This document shows, piece after piece, positions 21,501-31,047 of a stretch of 64,000 bases of DNA (within the stretch, counting starts at the first letter, position 1; every line of letters begins with the position of its first letter). The notes beneath the pieces were generated by a model. That model was not told the origin of the DNA. It ran no database searches and saw only the letters and a list, made by a program, of their open reading frames with translations. The stretch is from Bacteroidia bacterium (GTDB taxonomy: Bacteria; Bacteroidota; Bacteroidia; UBA8524): positions 1,202,074 through 1,266,073 of the forward strand of contig OZ252261.1 in the NCBI GenBank assembly GCA_965249955.1, read 5' to 3'. The translations under genes and the position numbers were made by a program.

Positions 21501-22484
21501 AGTGTTATTATAAATAAGGTTGTTTGATACATCGTGTTGTGTGGTTGAGTTTGTATTACTTGTATAAAATATACCGTAAAAAGTAGAAGTAGTAGATACT
21601 GCTTGGAACAGGTTAAATATCTCGTTATTTTTTACTTTAGTATCAACAGATAGCCCCACATATACGCCATAGGTAGTAGATATACGGGTGTAGTTGGCAT
21701 CGCGGGTGATTTTGTTTCTTTCAAACAACAAATCATTACAGTTGTAAAAATAGTTACCATAAATGTAAAAGTTTTTAATGGTATTGTTGATGAGTTTTAT
21801 GCCTGATACAATAGTGTTTGAAGATTGTGCATACAGGCACATTCCATAATATGGCCCGTTAGTTGTTCCGCCGGTTAATACACAGTTCTGAACTGTAAGG
21901 TACTTACAGTTTGTGCCCGAACTTGCGGGTGATGTGGTGCTGGCAGTAGCGGTAATACACACACTATTTAGCGAACTGGTACTGGTTATGTTAGGCACAC
22001 GAACAGTGCACCCATCAAATGTAACATAATCAGAGTTATTGGTTAACCTAACACCCCATGCGTATGTTACGCCTAAAGCTTGTATGGTTAAGTCTTTTAT
22101 CGTTAACCAATCAGCACCATTTATCATTAAAGTGTGTTGTGCCGAAGAAGACGTAGCACTAAAACTTAGTGTTTGCCCATTTCCATTAATCGTAATGGTA
22201 TTGGTAGCACTGGCTCCACTTATTGCATTTGCGCTTACTTGCTCAGTATAAGGGCCGTTAAGCACACTTACAGTAACTGCCCCATTTACTCCATTAGTAG
22301 CAAGAGCTGTAAATAGTGATTGAAAGCTAGTGTAATTTGTAGTTGATGCCACCACACTTTTGTTAATGGTATAACTACCACTCATTGGTGCGGCAAAGAC
22401 AGATAAAGGAATACATAACAGCAGCACCGCCACCATTTTTAAACCTAAATACCTGATTGAGAGTGTTTTGTAAAGTTTCATCAT
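18561..22484 (-). CDS. Gene D: T9SS-secreted protein. Right-handed parallel beta-helix head, shared stalk, 6 PKD, CTD
   Basis: Repeating NNxI/YGIY beta-helix coils; APDPGALEF; PKD repeats; IYPNP...KIKIVK. Confidence 0.9.
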   Translation of the reverse strand: MMKLYKTLSIRYLGLKMVAVLLLCIPLSVFAAPMSGSYTINKSVVASTTNYTSFQSLFTALATNGVNGAVTVSVLNGPYTEQVSANAISGASATNTITINGNGQTLSFSATSSSAQHTLMINGADWLTIKDLTIQALGVTYAWGVRLTNNSDYVTFDGCTVRVPNITSTSSLNSVCITATASTTSPASSGTNCKYLTVQNCVLTGGTTNGPYYGMCLYAQSSNTIVSGIKLINNTIKNFYIYGNYFYNCNDLLFERNKITRDANYTRISTTYGVYVGLSVDTKVKNNEIFNLFQAVSTTSTFYGIFYTSNTNSTTQHDVSNNLIYNNTSNGSWFGIYLSCSYNVDITHNTISHQNNTPTSGTQYGVYLSCSYTGRRIKNNIINLDLPGTTTRFGIYNGGITTIMDIDYNNIYVTGTNGNTGYYGGNQQTPALWQAVTAPGSPFDANSTFVDPSFKSTTIGAQLIPQSVNLDDLGVPIANVVTDFNGVPRSLIAPDPGALEFTIDANVNKIEMPNGSQMCRGQKDDVKVWIKNNSAIAISGFNVTYTVNAINPVVQPFIGKINPGDSAQFTFSKQVEYNTVGMADIRASIANKPKYGPYSVNVKPSPIGSEITKGAAFQGQFLTGNANDPDVVANPDEINYEFTNPTGYLNSGYGSTWVVNTFISTTAKNATINPSNIVRTNASSSGNYKIKVKPGATLTDDTIYISLAAYSLTTLCEAPLVERAIFVAPRPVAVIDATDVCEKEAVDLISKSTISSGTMKYKWEFGDGTISDFADNAKTYATFGTYTVKLTATSNYGYSNTATKTVTVFEAPKANYLYDNKCEGNAVPFTNSSVVANGSPIYSWDFGDKKGTSAMPSPSYVYTSPGSYFVSLTVTDAKNCATTVTKPVSYFKKPKADFVLPATICNQSQVMFNNTSVASGNTGYSWEYGNGVVAQTKQGAATYANTGSYTIKLVARNEYGCADTASKTFIITEAPVADFVTVGKCIGEVVTYTNNTNEPSGTAVGYEWSFGEDGANSTSKNGSYTYTAVGNYKVVLKATSTNGCSTQKEAMVTFGEKPLVGFDMPVNACEGKDVVLRNSSKVSVGTLTYAWDLGNGNSTSTNPVANYATAGNYSVSLIATSGIGCSASASKSISITATPNSNFLIESSKTGNGGITLTPASPNGTAKYTWIYGDGGKSNNKNKHEYKFNSGLGIFMVTLEVEENGCKSHTTQEVKINVLGVEGVEANSLNIYPNPSSGLVGIHTKGVEGVRTLQVMDVLGREVYSNVVDFSAQENILIDLSLLKAGMYFIKIISDNEVISDKIKIVK

Positions 22485-22675
22485 ATTACTTACATTTAGT
22501 TGGTAACACGAAACTATGTAAAAAGAAATATCAAAAAATCAAGTTAAATTCATGTGAATTTTAACTCTAATTTCAATATGATTAAGAAGCTTAAAAATGC
22601 TATAAAGTAAGTTTAAAAATTTTTTTTGTGATATGCCCTAAATTCTTATTTGTTATTACAACTGCTTGAAAAATG

Positions 22676-22705
22676 AAAATGCCGCCGAAATTTCGGCGGC
22701 ATTTT
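22676..22705 (-). terminator. Intrinsic terminator of gene E
   Basis: Perfect palindrome AAAATGCCGCCGAAATTTCGGCGGCATTTT. Confidence 0.85.
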
Positions 22706-22744
22706 TACCAATTTATATCATGTATGTAACTGAATTACATATAA

Positions 22745-25700
22745 TTACTGTGTAATTATGATTTTTTTATTGAATAAACCACCATCAGTAATTACTTGCA
22801 CAAAGTATACACCTGCTTTTGTAGTGCCCATATCTATTGCATAGCTTTTTTGGGTGCTATTGATAGGCTGAGTGGTAACCAACCTACCTGCTACATCAAC
22901 TACTTGTATACTCACAACACCATTAACACTGTTTAGATCAACATTTACCCATCCGCTACTGGGGTTGGGGTAGATGTTGATGTTGTTTGCATCAACAGCT
23001 TGTGTGCTCAACACATTAATGCGAACATCTTTGCTTGTATTGCTCTGGCATCCGTCGTTATCTATTATCAAGGTAACGTTAAATAATCCCAGTTGACCAT
23101 TGTAAGCATAGGTGTGTTTGCCTTTTTCGTTGCTCTTACCTCCGTCGCCATACAACCATGTATAGTCGCCTGAACCGTTAGGGGCTATCGGGGTTATTTC
23201 TATTCCTCCGTTCCCTGTCTTAGCACTCGCTATTGTAAAATCACTATTCGGTAGTGCTTGTATGGTGATGCTTTGTGTGGCGGTTGCATTACAGCCTATG
23301 CCTGAGGTGGCGGTTAGGCTTATGGTGTAGTTGCCTGCTGTTGTATAGTTGGCTATGGGGTTGGTGCTTTGGCTTGTGCCGTTGCCCATGTCCCAATCGT
23401 AGGTTAGGCCGCCTTGTGATACTACGGAGTTGTTGGTTAGTATCACGTCTTCGCCTGCACAGGCTTTGGCAGGAGCTGCAAACGATACAATGGGTTTTTC
23501 GCCAAAGGTTACGGTTTGCGTTTTGCTGGTGCTACAGCCGTTGGTGCTGCTTGCTATTAACTCTATCTCGTATTCGCCTACTGATTGGTAGGTATAGCTA
23601 GGGTCTTTGGCGGTGCTGTTTGCGCCGTCTTCGCCTAGTTTCCATTGGTAGCCTACGCTGGTACCGCTTGGCTCGTTGGTGGTATTGGTGATGCTTACGG
23701 CTTCTCCTATACATTGTCCGTTTATGGTAAAGTCGGCTATGGGTGCTTCGGTAATGCTAATGGTTTGTGTGTTTACATCGGTGCATCCGTAGTCGTTCTG
23801 AGCGGTTAAGGTTATGGTATAGCTGCCTGCTGCTGCATAGCTGGTTGTTCCGTTTTTGCTGTTGGCTTGCTGGCTGTTACCAAAGTCCCATGTATAACCG
23901 GTATTGCCTGCAGGGGTACTGGTGTTATCTAGTTGTATGGGGTTTTGCGCACAGTTTAATGTGGGCATGGTAAAGTCGGCTATGGGGTTTGCGCTGTACG
24001 TTATTGGCTGACTAAGGCTGGTAGCACAATTGTTGGCGTCGGTTATGGTTAATGTAGCAAAGTATAGGTCGGGGCTAGTATAGGTATAGCTGGGGCTAGG
24101 ACTGCTACTGGTGCCTATTCCATCGCCAAAGTCCCAACTGTAGCTGGGGCTGCCGCCAGGTACTGTAGAGTTATCGGTAAATGGTACGGCACTGCCTTCG
24201 CATTTGTTGTCGTAGGTAAAGTCTACTACGGGGCTTTGGTGTACTGTAACGGTTTTGGTGATGTTATCGGTGTAGCCGTAGTTGCTGGTTACGGTTAGTT
24301 TTACGCTATAGGTACCAAATGTTGCGTATGTTTTAGCGTTGTCGGCAAAGTCGCTGGTGCTGCCGTCGCCAAACTCCCATTTGTATTTCATGGTTCCTGT
24401 GCTCAGGCTACTGGTGCTTTGCAGGCTCACTTCTTCGCGCTCGCACACATCGGTATAGGTAAAGTCGGCTGTGGGACGGGGGGCTATAAAGATATGGCGT
24501 TCTAGTATCGGGGCTTCGCAAAGGGTGGTTAGTGAGTAGGCGGCTAGTTTAATTACTACGGTGTCATCGGTTAAGCTAGTGCTCGGTTTAACTAGTATTT
24601 TATAGTTGTTACTGCTATTGGCATCGGTGGTGCTTATGTCGCCCGCCGGGATGCTCGCATTTTTTACTGTTGAGGTTATGAAGGTGTTTATACTCCAAGT
24701 GGTTCCGTAGTCTTTTTTGTCGTATCCTGTTGGGGCGGTTACTTCATAGGTTAGCTGATCGGGGTTGGCTAATATATCGGGGTCGGTGGTATTGCCGGTG
24801 TAGTATTGTCCTTGAAAGGGGCTTCCTTTGGTTATTTCTGCGCCTATCGGTGAGGGGTTTATGGCTATACCGTAGTTGCCTACGGGGGGTTTGCTGCCTA
24901 TATAGGCGTTGATGATGTCGTTACCGGTATTGGTGAACGTTAATGGGGTTGAAAAGTTGTGTTGTGCACTGTCGCCTGCGGGAATGCTGCCAACAAACGG
25001 TTCGGTAATGCTTACGGGGTTGTCGCCTGTGCTGGTATAGGTTACGCTAAAGTTGTCCAGGGTAAATCCTGCGTTGTTTTTTATCCATACGCTTACCATA
25101 TCGGTCTCACCTTGGCACGCTAAGCTGCCGCCTGAGGTGCTTACTTGGGTTACGTTGGCATCTATGGTGAATTCTACGGCGCCGGGATCGGGGGCGGTTA
25201 AACTGCGTGGTGCGCCACTGTAATCGGTACTAATGCCTGATATGGGGGTTCCTAAGTCGTCTAATGCTACGGCGCGAGGAATTAATTGGCTGCCGTTGGT
25301 GCTGCTTACAAAGTTGGGGGATACGAAGGCGGAGTTGGCATCATAGGGGGAACCGGGACCTGTTACTGCTTGCCACAAGGCAGGGGTCTTTTGTGGGCCA
25401 CCGTAATAGCCGGTATTACCGTTGCTGCCTGTTACATAAATATTGTTATGGTCAATATCCATGCTGGTGCTGGTATTGTTGTATATACCATAACGGGTGG
25501 TAGTACCCGGCATATCTAAGGTGATGATATTGTTTTTTATACTACGGCCGGTGTAGCTGCAACTCATGTATATACCGTATTGTGTGCCCGATGTAGGAGT
25601 AGCATTTTCGTGAGAAACTGTATTGTGGCTAATATCTAAATTGTAACTGCATGAGGCATAAATTCCATACCAAGTACCTCTTGAATTATTGTTATAGATA

Positions 25701-26665
25701 CGGTTGTTCGATACCTCGTGTTGGGTGGTTGAGCTAGTATTACTTGTGTAAAGTATGCCGTAAAAAGTAGAGGTGGTAGATACGGATTGAAAAAGATCAA
25801 ATATCTCATTATTCTTTACTTTAGTATCAAGGCAAAGTATAAGATACATTGAGTAGGTGGTAGATATACGTGTATAGTTGGCATCGCGAGTGATTTTGTT
25901 TCCTTCAAACAACAAATCATTACAGTTGTAAAAATAGTTACCATAAATGTAAAAGTTCTTAATGGTATTATTTATCAGTTTTATGCCTGATACTGTTGTA
26001 TTTGACGATTGCGCATTAATACGGATACCATAATATGGGCCATAACTAGTACCGCCTGTTACTACACTGTTTTGTACAGTTAGGTATTTGCAGTTATTGC
26101 TTATACCCGATGTAGAGGTTGTACTTGAGGTTGCTACAATACCAACACTGTTTAGTGAACTGGTACTGGTTACGTTAGGTACACGCACAGTACAACCATC
26201 AATAGTGTTGTGATCGGAATTGTTGTACAAGCGAATGCCCCAAGCATAGGTTGTGCCCAATGCTTCAACAGTAAGATCTTTTAAAGTAACCCAATCGGCT
26301 CCTGCAAAAAGAAAGGTATGGCGATTGGCTGAAGATGTAGAAGTGTATTTTAGTGTTTGTCCGTTACCGTTTATAGTAATGGTGTTGGTAGCACTGGCTC
26401 CACTAATTGCATTTGCGCTTACCTGCTCGGTATAGGGGCCGTTTGATACATCAACTATTACAGCACCGTCAACTCCATTACTGGCTAAGGCTGAGAATAG
26501 TGATTGGAAAGAGGTAAAATTAGTACTGGACGATGCAATACTTTTGTTGATGGTGTAGTTACCACTCATAGGGGCAGCGTACACTGCGGTGGTAAGGCAT
26601 ATTAATAGCACAAATATGCCAACAGGGCGGAATTTGCCCTTTAAGGTTTTGTAAAGTTTTATCAT
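22745..26665 (-). CDS. Gene E: T9SS-secreted beta-helix/PKD protein
   Basis: Likely start ATG 26665 (MIKLYKTL, matching gene D's MMKLYKTL); same architecture as D. Confidence 0.9.
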   Translation of the reverse strand: MIKLYKTLKGKFRPVGIFVLLICLTTAVYAAPMSGNYTINKSIASSSTNFTSFQSLFSALASNGVDGAVIVDVSNGPYTEQVSANAISGASATNTITINGNGQTLKYTSTSSANRHTFLFAGADWVTLKDLTVEALGTTYAWGIRLYNNSDHNTIDGCTVRVPNVTSTSSLNSVGIVATSSTTSTSGISNNCKYLTVQNSVVTGGTSYGPYYGIRINAQSSNTTVSGIKLINNTIKNFYIYGNYFYNCNDLLFEGNKITRDANYTRISTTYSMYLILCLDTKVKNNEIFDLFQSVSTTSTFYGILYTSNTSSTTQHEVSNNRIYNNNSRGTWYGIYASCSYNLDISHNTVSHENATPTSGTQYGIYMSCSYTGRSIKNNIITLDMPGTTTRYGIYNNTSTSMDIDHNNIYVTGSNGNTGYYGGPQKTPALWQAVTGPGSPYDANSAFVSPNFVSSTNGSQLIPRAVALDDLGTPISGISTDYSGAPRSLTAPDPGAVEFTIDANVTQVSTSGGSLACQGETDMVSVWIKNNAGFTLDNFSVTYTSTGDNPVSITEPFVGSIPAGDSAQHNFSTPLTFTNTGNDIINAYIGSKPPVGNYGIAINPSPIGAEITKGSPFQGQYYTGNTTDPDILANPDQLTYEVTAPTGYDKKDYGTTWSINTFITSTVKNASIPAGDISTTDANSSNNYKILVKPSTSLTDDTVVIKLAAYSLTTLCEAPILERHIFIAPRPTADFTYTDVCEREEVSLQSTSSLSTGTMKYKWEFGDGSTSDFADNAKTYATFGTYSVKLTVTSNYGYTDNITKTVTVHQSPVVDFTYDNKCEGSAVPFTDNSTVPGGSPSYSWDFGDGIGTSSSPSPSYTYTSPDLYFATLTITDANNCATSLSQPITYSANPIADFTMPTLNCAQNPIQLDNTSTPAGNTGYTWDFGNSQQANSKNGTTSYAAAGSYTITLTAQNDYGCTDVNTQTISITEAPIADFTINGQCIGEAVSITNTTNEPSGTSVGYQWKLGEDGANSTAKDPSYTYQSVGEYEIELIASSTNGCSTSKTQTVTFGEKPIVSFAAPAKACAGEDVILTNNSVVSQGGLTYDWDMGNGTSQSTNPIANYTTAGNYTISLTATSGIGCNATATQSITIQALPNSDFTIASAKTGNGGIEITPIAPNGSGDYTWLYGDGGKSNEKGKHTYAYNGQLGLFNVTLIIDNDGCQSNTSKDVRINVLSTQAVDANNINIYPNPSSGWVNVDLNSVNGVVSIQVVDVAGRLVTTQPINSTQKSYAIDMGTTKAGVYFVQVITDGGLFNKKIIITQ
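22916..25585. repeat. Near-identical 2.67-kb direct repeat, copy 1 (inside gene E)
   Basis: Matches 27133-29802 at a constant offset of 4217; the antisense shadow ORFs recur at the same offset. Confidence 0.95.
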
Positions 26666-26883
26666 AGAACATACATTAATTAGTAACAACGAATTTATAT
26701 AAAAATTGTAAACAAACTAATATAAATTGCATATAAAACAGATTAATGCTCAATTTTTAAAATTACAGCACCCTATTTATAATTTTGTTTCATACCAATA
26801 AAAATCATATCTACATATTTTAAAGGTGTTTAAGAATAGTTAAAACCAATTTTTAGAAATATCAAAATATTTTTTCAGTGCAC

Positions 26884-26921
26884 AAAAAAAAGTGAGCCGC
26901 CAATCCCGGCAGCTCACTTTT
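26884..26921 (-). terminator. Intrinsic terminator of gene F
   Basis: AAAAGTGAGCcGCC-loop-GGCaGCTCACTTTT. Confidence 0.85.
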
Positions 26922-26958
26922 AACTAATTAATGTATGTGCTTGAAAAAGCTTCTTTTA

Positions 26959-29900
26959 CTAGCGTTCTACAGATATTTTTTTGCTGTATACACCTGTGTT
27001 TGTTTCTATTTGTACAAAGTAAACACCTGCTTTTGCATTACCCATATCAACTCTGTAGGTGTTTTGAACCCCATTGCTAATTTGTTGCGTAGCTATAGTT
27101 TTACCTAGTACATCTGTAATTCTGATTAATTTAACACCATTAACACTGTTTAGATCAACATTTACCCATCCGCTACTAGGGTTGGGGTAGATGTTGATGT
27201 TGTCTGCATCAACAGCTTGTGTGCTCAACACATTAATGCGAACATCTTTGCTTGTATTGCTCTGGCATCCGTCGTTATCTATTATCAAGGTAACGTTAAA
27301 TAATCCCAATTGACCATTGTAAGCATAGGTGTGTTTGCCTTTTTCGTTGCTCTTACCTCCGTCGCCATACAACCATGTATAGTCGCCTGAACCGTTAGGG
27401 GCTATCGGGGTTATTTCTATTCCTCCGTTCCCTGTCTTAGCACTCGCTATTGTAAAATCACTATTCGGTAGTGCTTGTATGGTGATGCTTTGTGTGGCGG
27501 TTGCATTACAGCCTATGCCTGAGGTGGCGGTTAGGCTTATGGTGTAGTTGCCTGCTGTTGTATAGTTGGCTATGGGGTTGGTGCTTTGGCTTGTGCCGTT
27601 GCCCATGTCCCAATCGTAGGTTAGGCCGCCTTGTGATACTACGGAGTTGTTGGTTAGTATCACGTCTTCGCCTGCACAGGCTTTGGCAGGAGCTGCAAAC
27701 GATACAATGGGTTTTTCGCCAAAGGTTACGGTTTGCATTTTGCTGGTGCTACAGCCGTTGGTGCTGCTTGCTATTAACTCTATCTCGTATTCGCCTACTG
27801 ATTGGTAGGTATAGCTAGGGTCTTTGGCGGTGCTGTTTGCGCCGTCTTCGCCTAGTTTCCATTGGTAGCCTACGCTGGTACCGCTTGGCTCGTTGGTGGT
27901 ATTGATGATGCTTACGGCTTCTCCTATACATTGTCCGTTTATGGTAAAGTCGGCTATGGGTGCTTCGGTAATGCTAATGGTTTGTGTGTTTACATCGGTG
28001 CATCCGTAGTCGTTCTGAGCGGTTAAGGTTATGGTATAGCTGCCTGCTGCTGCATAGCTGGTTGTTCCGTTTTTGCTGTTGGCTTGCTGGCTGTTACCAA
28101 AGTCCCATGTATAACCGGTATTGCCTGCAGGGGTACTGGTGTTATCTAGTTGTATGGGGTTTTGCGCACAGTTTAATGTGGGCATGGTAAAGTCGGCTAT
28201 GGGGTTTGCGCTGTACGTTATTGGCTGACTAAGGCTGGTAGCACAATTGTTGGCGTCGGTTATGGTTAATGTAGCAAAGTATAGGTCGGGGCTAGTATAG
28301 GTATAGCTGGGGCTAGGACTGCTACTGGTGCCTATTCCATCGCCAAAGTCCCAACTGTAGCTGGGGCTGCCGCCAGGTACTGTAGAGTTATCGGTAAATG
28401 GTACGGCACTGCCTTCGCATTTGTTGTCGTAGGTAAAGTCTACTACGGGGCTTTGGTGTACTGTAACGGTTTTGGTGATGTTATCGGTGTAGCCGTAGTT
28501 GCTGGTTACGGTTAGTTTTACGCTATAGGTACCAAATGTTGCGTATGTTTTAGCGTTGTCGGCAAAGTCGCTGGTGCTGCCGTCGCCAAACTCCCATTTG
28601 TATTTCATGGTTCCTGTGCTCAGGCTACTGGTGCTTTGCAGGCTCACTTCTTCGCGCTCGCACACATCGGTATAGGTAAAGTCGGCTGTGGGACGGGGGG
28701 CTATAAAGATATGGCGTTCTAGTATCGGGGCTTCGCAAAGGGTGGTTAGTGAGTAGGCGGCTAGTTTAATTACTACGGTGTCATCGGTTAAGCTGGTGCT
28801 CGGTTTAACTAGTATTTTATAGTTGTTACTGCTGTTGGCATCGGTGGTGCTTATGTCGCCCGCTGGGATGCTCGCATTTTTTACTGTTGAGGTTATGAAG
28901 GTGTTTATACTCCAAGTGGTTCCGTAGTCTTTTTTGTCGTATCCTGTTGGGGCGGTTACTTCATAGGTTAGCTGATCGGGGTTGGCTAATATATCGGGGT
29001 CGGTGGTATTACCGGTGTAGTATTGTCCTTGAAAGGGGCTTCCTTTGGTTATTTCTGCGCCTATCGGTGAGGGGTTTATGGCTATACCGTAGTTGCCTAC
29101 GGGGGGTTTGCTGCCTATATAGGCGTTGATGATGTCGTTACCGGTATTGGTGAACGTTAATGGGGTTGAAAAGTTGTGTTGTGCACTGTCGCCTGCGGGA
29201 ATGCTGCCAACAAACGGTTCGGTAATGCTTACGGGGTTGTCACCTGTGCTGGTATAGGTTACGCTAAAGTTGTCCAGGGTAAATCCTGCGTTGTTTTTTA
29301 TCCATACGCTTACCATATCGGTCTCGCCTTGGCACGCTAAGCTGCCGCCTGCGGTGCTTACTTGGGTTACGTTGGCATCTATGGTGAATTCTACGGCGCC
29401 GGGATCGGGGGCGGTTAAACTGCGTGGTGCGCCACTGTAATCGGTACTAATGCCTGATATGGGGGTTCCTAAGTCGTCTAATGCTACGGCGCGAGGAATT
29501 AATTGGCTGCCGTTGGTGCTGCTTACAAAGTTGGGGGATACGAAGGCGGAGTTGGCATCATAGGGGGAACCGGGACCTGTTACTGCTTGCCATAAGGCAG
29601 GGGTCTTTTGTGGGCCACCATAGTAACCGGTATTACCGTTGCTGCCTGTTACGTAAATATTGTTATGGTCAATATCCATGCTGGTGCTGGTATTGTTGTA
29701 TATACCATAACGGTTGGTAGTACCCGGCATATCTAAGTTGATGATATTGTTTTTTATACTACGGCCGGTATAGCTGCAACTCATGTATATACCGTATTGT
29801 GTACCATAAAGTGCATTGGTTGTATGTGATATTGTGTTGTGACTAATATCTACATTGCGAGTACATGACAGGTATATTCCCGCCCATGTGCTGCGACTAA

Positions 29901-30885
29901 CATTATTGTAAATACGATTGTTTGATATTTCGTGTTGGGTGGCCGACGAGGTATTGCTTGAATAAAAAATGTTGTATGTAGTATTTGTTGATGAGGTTAC
30001 CCCCGCAAATAAGTCGTGTATGTCGTTATTATTTACTTTAGTTGCACGAGACTGATATACATAAACAGCATAGGTAGTTGTTACTCTAGTATAGTTAGCA
30101 TCGCGTTTTACTTCATTTCCACTAAACTCTAAATCATTACAACGGTAAAAGTAATTACCGTATCTGTAAAAGTTCTTAATGGTATTATTGATGATTTTAA
30201 TACCTGATACGATTGACTCGGATGACTGTGCATTAATACGGATACCATAATATGGACCACGACTTGTACCACCTGTTAATACGCAGTTTTGTACGGTTAG
30301 GTATTTGCAGTTGCTGCTTGTGCTTGATGTTGATGTTGAGCTAGATGTAGCTACAATACAAACACTGTTTAGTGAACTGGTACTAATAACATTGGGTACA
30401 CGCACAGTACAACCATCAATAGTGTTGTGATCGGAATTGTTGTACAAGCGAATGCCCCAAGCATAGGTAGTACCCAATGCTTCAACAGTAAGATCTTTTA
30501 AAGTAACCCAATCGGCTCCTGCGAAACGAAAGGTATGACGGTTTGATGATGATGTAGCAGTGTACCTTAGTATTTGCCCGTTACCGTTTATAGTAATGGT
30601 GTTGGTAGCACTGGCTCCACTAATCGCACTGGCACTTACCCGCTCGGTATAGGGGCCGTTTGATACTTCAACTATTACAGCACCGTTGACACCATTACTG
30701 GATAGGGCTGAGAATAGTGATTGAAAGGATGTGAAATTTGTACTAGACGAGGCAATACTTTTGTTGATGGTGTAATTGCCACTCATAGGGGCTGCATAAG
30801 CACGGTTGGAGAGACAAACCAATAGCAGAAGTATGCTAAATAAGCCTGTTGATTTGTTTAGAAAATTCTTGTAAATATTTGCCAT
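26959..30885 (-). CDS. Gene F: T9SS-secreted beta-helix/PKD protein
   Basis: Paralog of D and E; signal peptide; CTD IYPNP...KKISVER. Confidence 0.9.
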   Translation of the reverse strand: MANIYKNFLNKSTGLFSILLLLVCLSNRAYAAPMSGNYTINKSIASSSTNFTSFQSLFSALSSNGVNGAVIVEVSNGPYTERVSASAISGASATNTITINGNGQILRYTATSSSNRHTFRFAGADWVTLKDLTVEALGTTYAWGIRLYNNSDHNTIDGCTVRVPNVISTSSLNSVCIVATSSSTSTSSTSSNCKYLTVQNCVLTGGTSRGPYYGIRINAQSSESIVSGIKIINNTIKNFYRYGNYFYRCNDLEFSGNEVKRDANYTRVTTTYAVYVYQSRATKVNNNDIHDLFAGVTSSTNTTYNIFYSSNTSSATQHEISNNRIYNNVSRSTWAGIYLSCTRNVDISHNTISHTTNALYGTQYGIYMSCSYTGRSIKNNIINLDMPGTTNRYGIYNNTSTSMDIDHNNIYVTGSNGNTGYYGGPQKTPALWQAVTGPGSPYDANSAFVSPNFVSSTNGSQLIPRAVALDDLGTPISGISTDYSGAPRSLTAPDPGAVEFTIDANVTQVSTAGGSLACQGETDMVSVWIKNNAGFTLDNFSVTYTSTGDNPVSITEPFVGSIPAGDSAQHNFSTPLTFTNTGNDIINAYIGSKPPVGNYGIAINPSPIGAEITKGSPFQGQYYTGNTTDPDILANPDQLTYEVTAPTGYDKKDYGTTWSINTFITSTVKNASIPAGDISTTDANSSNNYKILVKPSTSLTDDTVVIKLAAYSLTTLCEAPILERHIFIAPRPTADFTYTDVCEREEVSLQSTSSLSTGTMKYKWEFGDGSTSDFADNAKTYATFGTYSVKLTVTSNYGYTDNITKTVTVHQSPVVDFTYDNKCEGSAVPFTDNSTVPGGSPSYSWDFGDGIGTSSSPSPSYTYTSPDLYFATLTITDANNCATSLSQPITYSANPIADFTMPTLNCAQNPIQLDNTSTPAGNTGYTWDFGNSQQANSKNGTTSYAAAGSYTITLTAQNDYGCTDVNTQTISITEAPIADFTINGQCIGEAVSIINTTNEPSGTSVGYQWKLGEDGANSTAKDPSYTYQSVGEYEIELIASSTNGCSTSKMQTVTFGEKPIVSFAAPAKACAGEDVILTNNSVVSQGGLTYDWDMGNGTSQSTNPIANYTTAGNYTISLTATSGIGCNATATQSITIQALPNSDFTIASAKTGNGGIEITPIAPNGSGDYTWLYGDGGKSNEKGKHTYAYNGQLGLFNVTLIIDNDGCQSNTSKDVRINVLSTQAVDADNINIYPNPSSGWVNVDLNSVNGVKLIRITDVLGKTIATQQISNGVQNTYRVDMGNAKAGVYFVQIETNTGVYSKKISVER
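27133..29802. repeat. Near-identical 2.67-kb direct repeat, copy 2 (inside gene F)
   Basis: Matches 22916-25585. Confidence 0.95.
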
Positions 30886-30910
30886 AGAACGTAATTATTA
30901 ATAATGAATC

Positions 30911-30918
30911 CAAAATTA
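30911..30918 (-). promoter_or_regulatory. -7 promoter box (TAATTTTG) of gene F
   Basis: TAnnTTTG, 25 nt upstream of the start. Confidence 0.45.
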
Positions 30919-31047
30919 TATAAAATTATACGCAAATAAAAAGTAATTCACAAAAAATCTTGTGTAAATATTGAAAATTACAAGAAAATACTATTTTTTA
31001 TCGAGCTTTTAAAGCATTTACAAAGAAAAATACCTTTGTATAATAAT

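Noticed and set aside
22546-22561. Palindrome AAATTCA-tg-TGAATTT upstream of gene D as an operator
   Set aside because: Short, AT-rich and not clearly conserved upstream of E, F or G
23275-29720. Repeated + strand ORFs (108, 68, 60, 79 aa) inside genes E and F
   Set aside because: Antisense shadows caused by the skewed codon usage and the duplication; W/C/L/R-rich, with no protein-like features
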